A DNA stretch of 64,000 nucleotides from contig NC_067401.1 of the NCBI RefSeq assembly GCF_016432865.1, forward strand, positions 26,474,001 to 26,538,000, in the 5' to 3' direction. The notes beneath the pieces are model-generated. The model made no database searches. It was not told the DNA's origin and worked only from the letters and a program-made list of their open reading frames with translations. Made by a program: the position numbers and the translations under genes. The stretch is from Antechinus flavipes (taxonomy: Eukaryota). Position 1 is the stretch's first letter. Each line of letters begins with the position of its first letter. Shown one piece after another: positions 63,261 to 64,000 of this stretch.

Positions 63261-64000
63261 ATATGTGTCCATTTTTTAAAAGAAGTTTTTCCCAGCCTTC
63301 TTTTATTTTAGTGCTTTCCCATATAGCATTTTGTACCCATAGTCCCTCCCCTCTGCAAAGAACAAAATGGTACATTTTCTCATCTGTTGCTGGTGTTGAT
63401 CTTGATTAGTATAATTAAATTGTGATCAGGTTTTTTTTCGTTGCTATTGTTCTTCCCATTGTGTATATGTCAATAAATATTTACTAGTAGAATACTGTGT
63501 TATAGAACACCGTGCTAGGGATTATGGGGGATAAAAAAAAAAATGTCAGCGAGATTTGCACCCTGCCTGCCTGCTGGAGAACCATGTTTTATAAAGGGCA
63601 GGACATCTTAACCAGGGCACAGGGCATCTGGGGATGAATTTGTCAGCCTTGGCAACACATGAAACAAAGAAAACCGAAAAATGGTCCCTTTCGGAGGCTT
63701 CTGTGGTGGTAGCAGAGGGGACAAGTGTACTGAGGGGCCAGAGGGAAGACTGCGTTGGTACTGCTTAATGCATGTGACTCAGTAGAAAGAGATTTGGAGT
63801 CAGAGGTCCTGGGTTCCAAACCCAACTGTGTTACCTACTATCGATGTGACTGGGCAAATGATCTTCCCTCTCTTGATCTCAGATGTTAAACCCAGGGCTT
63901 GGTCTAGATGACTTCTCAAGTGTTTTCAACTCTGGATCGCTGATCCGTGCATGGTAGTCTTTCTACTTATGGAGGTTAGTAGCCCATTCTACTATTGTTG

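Overview
This is non-coding mammalian genomic DNA with three N gaps (3936-4160, 40975-41260, 49379-49517). The repeat content (WSINE1- and MAR1-type CORE-SINEs, marsupial L1 3' ends, an OC1-type hAT MITE) points to a marsupial, most likely a dasyurid such as the Tasmanian devil or a relative; this is inferred from repeat types only. I can support no protein-coding gene, RNA gene or CRISPR array. The only ORFs I recognise are broken pieces of LINE ORF2: L1 reverse transcriptase and C-terminus, plus CR1/L3 reverse-transcriptase motifs read by eye. Much of the window is layered retroposon debris (L2, L3/CR1, MIR, MAR1, WSINE1, several L1 ages). Between these lie repeat-free, relatively CpG-retaining blocks (about 5.6-7.3, 16.3-18.7, 20.7-21.3, 24.5-25.2, 45.1-45.7 and 48.5-49.2 kb) that look like regulatory or conserved non-coding elements in a gene desert or large intron. 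The most notable observations are an OC1-type DNA-transposon MITE, a two-unit chimeric L1 inside one target-site duplication (TSD), four independent short duplications about 2 kb apart, and two degenerate tandem arrays. I found no convincing new biological system. Repeat family names and percent identities are by-eye estimates, and repeat boundaries are approximate unless a TSD is given.
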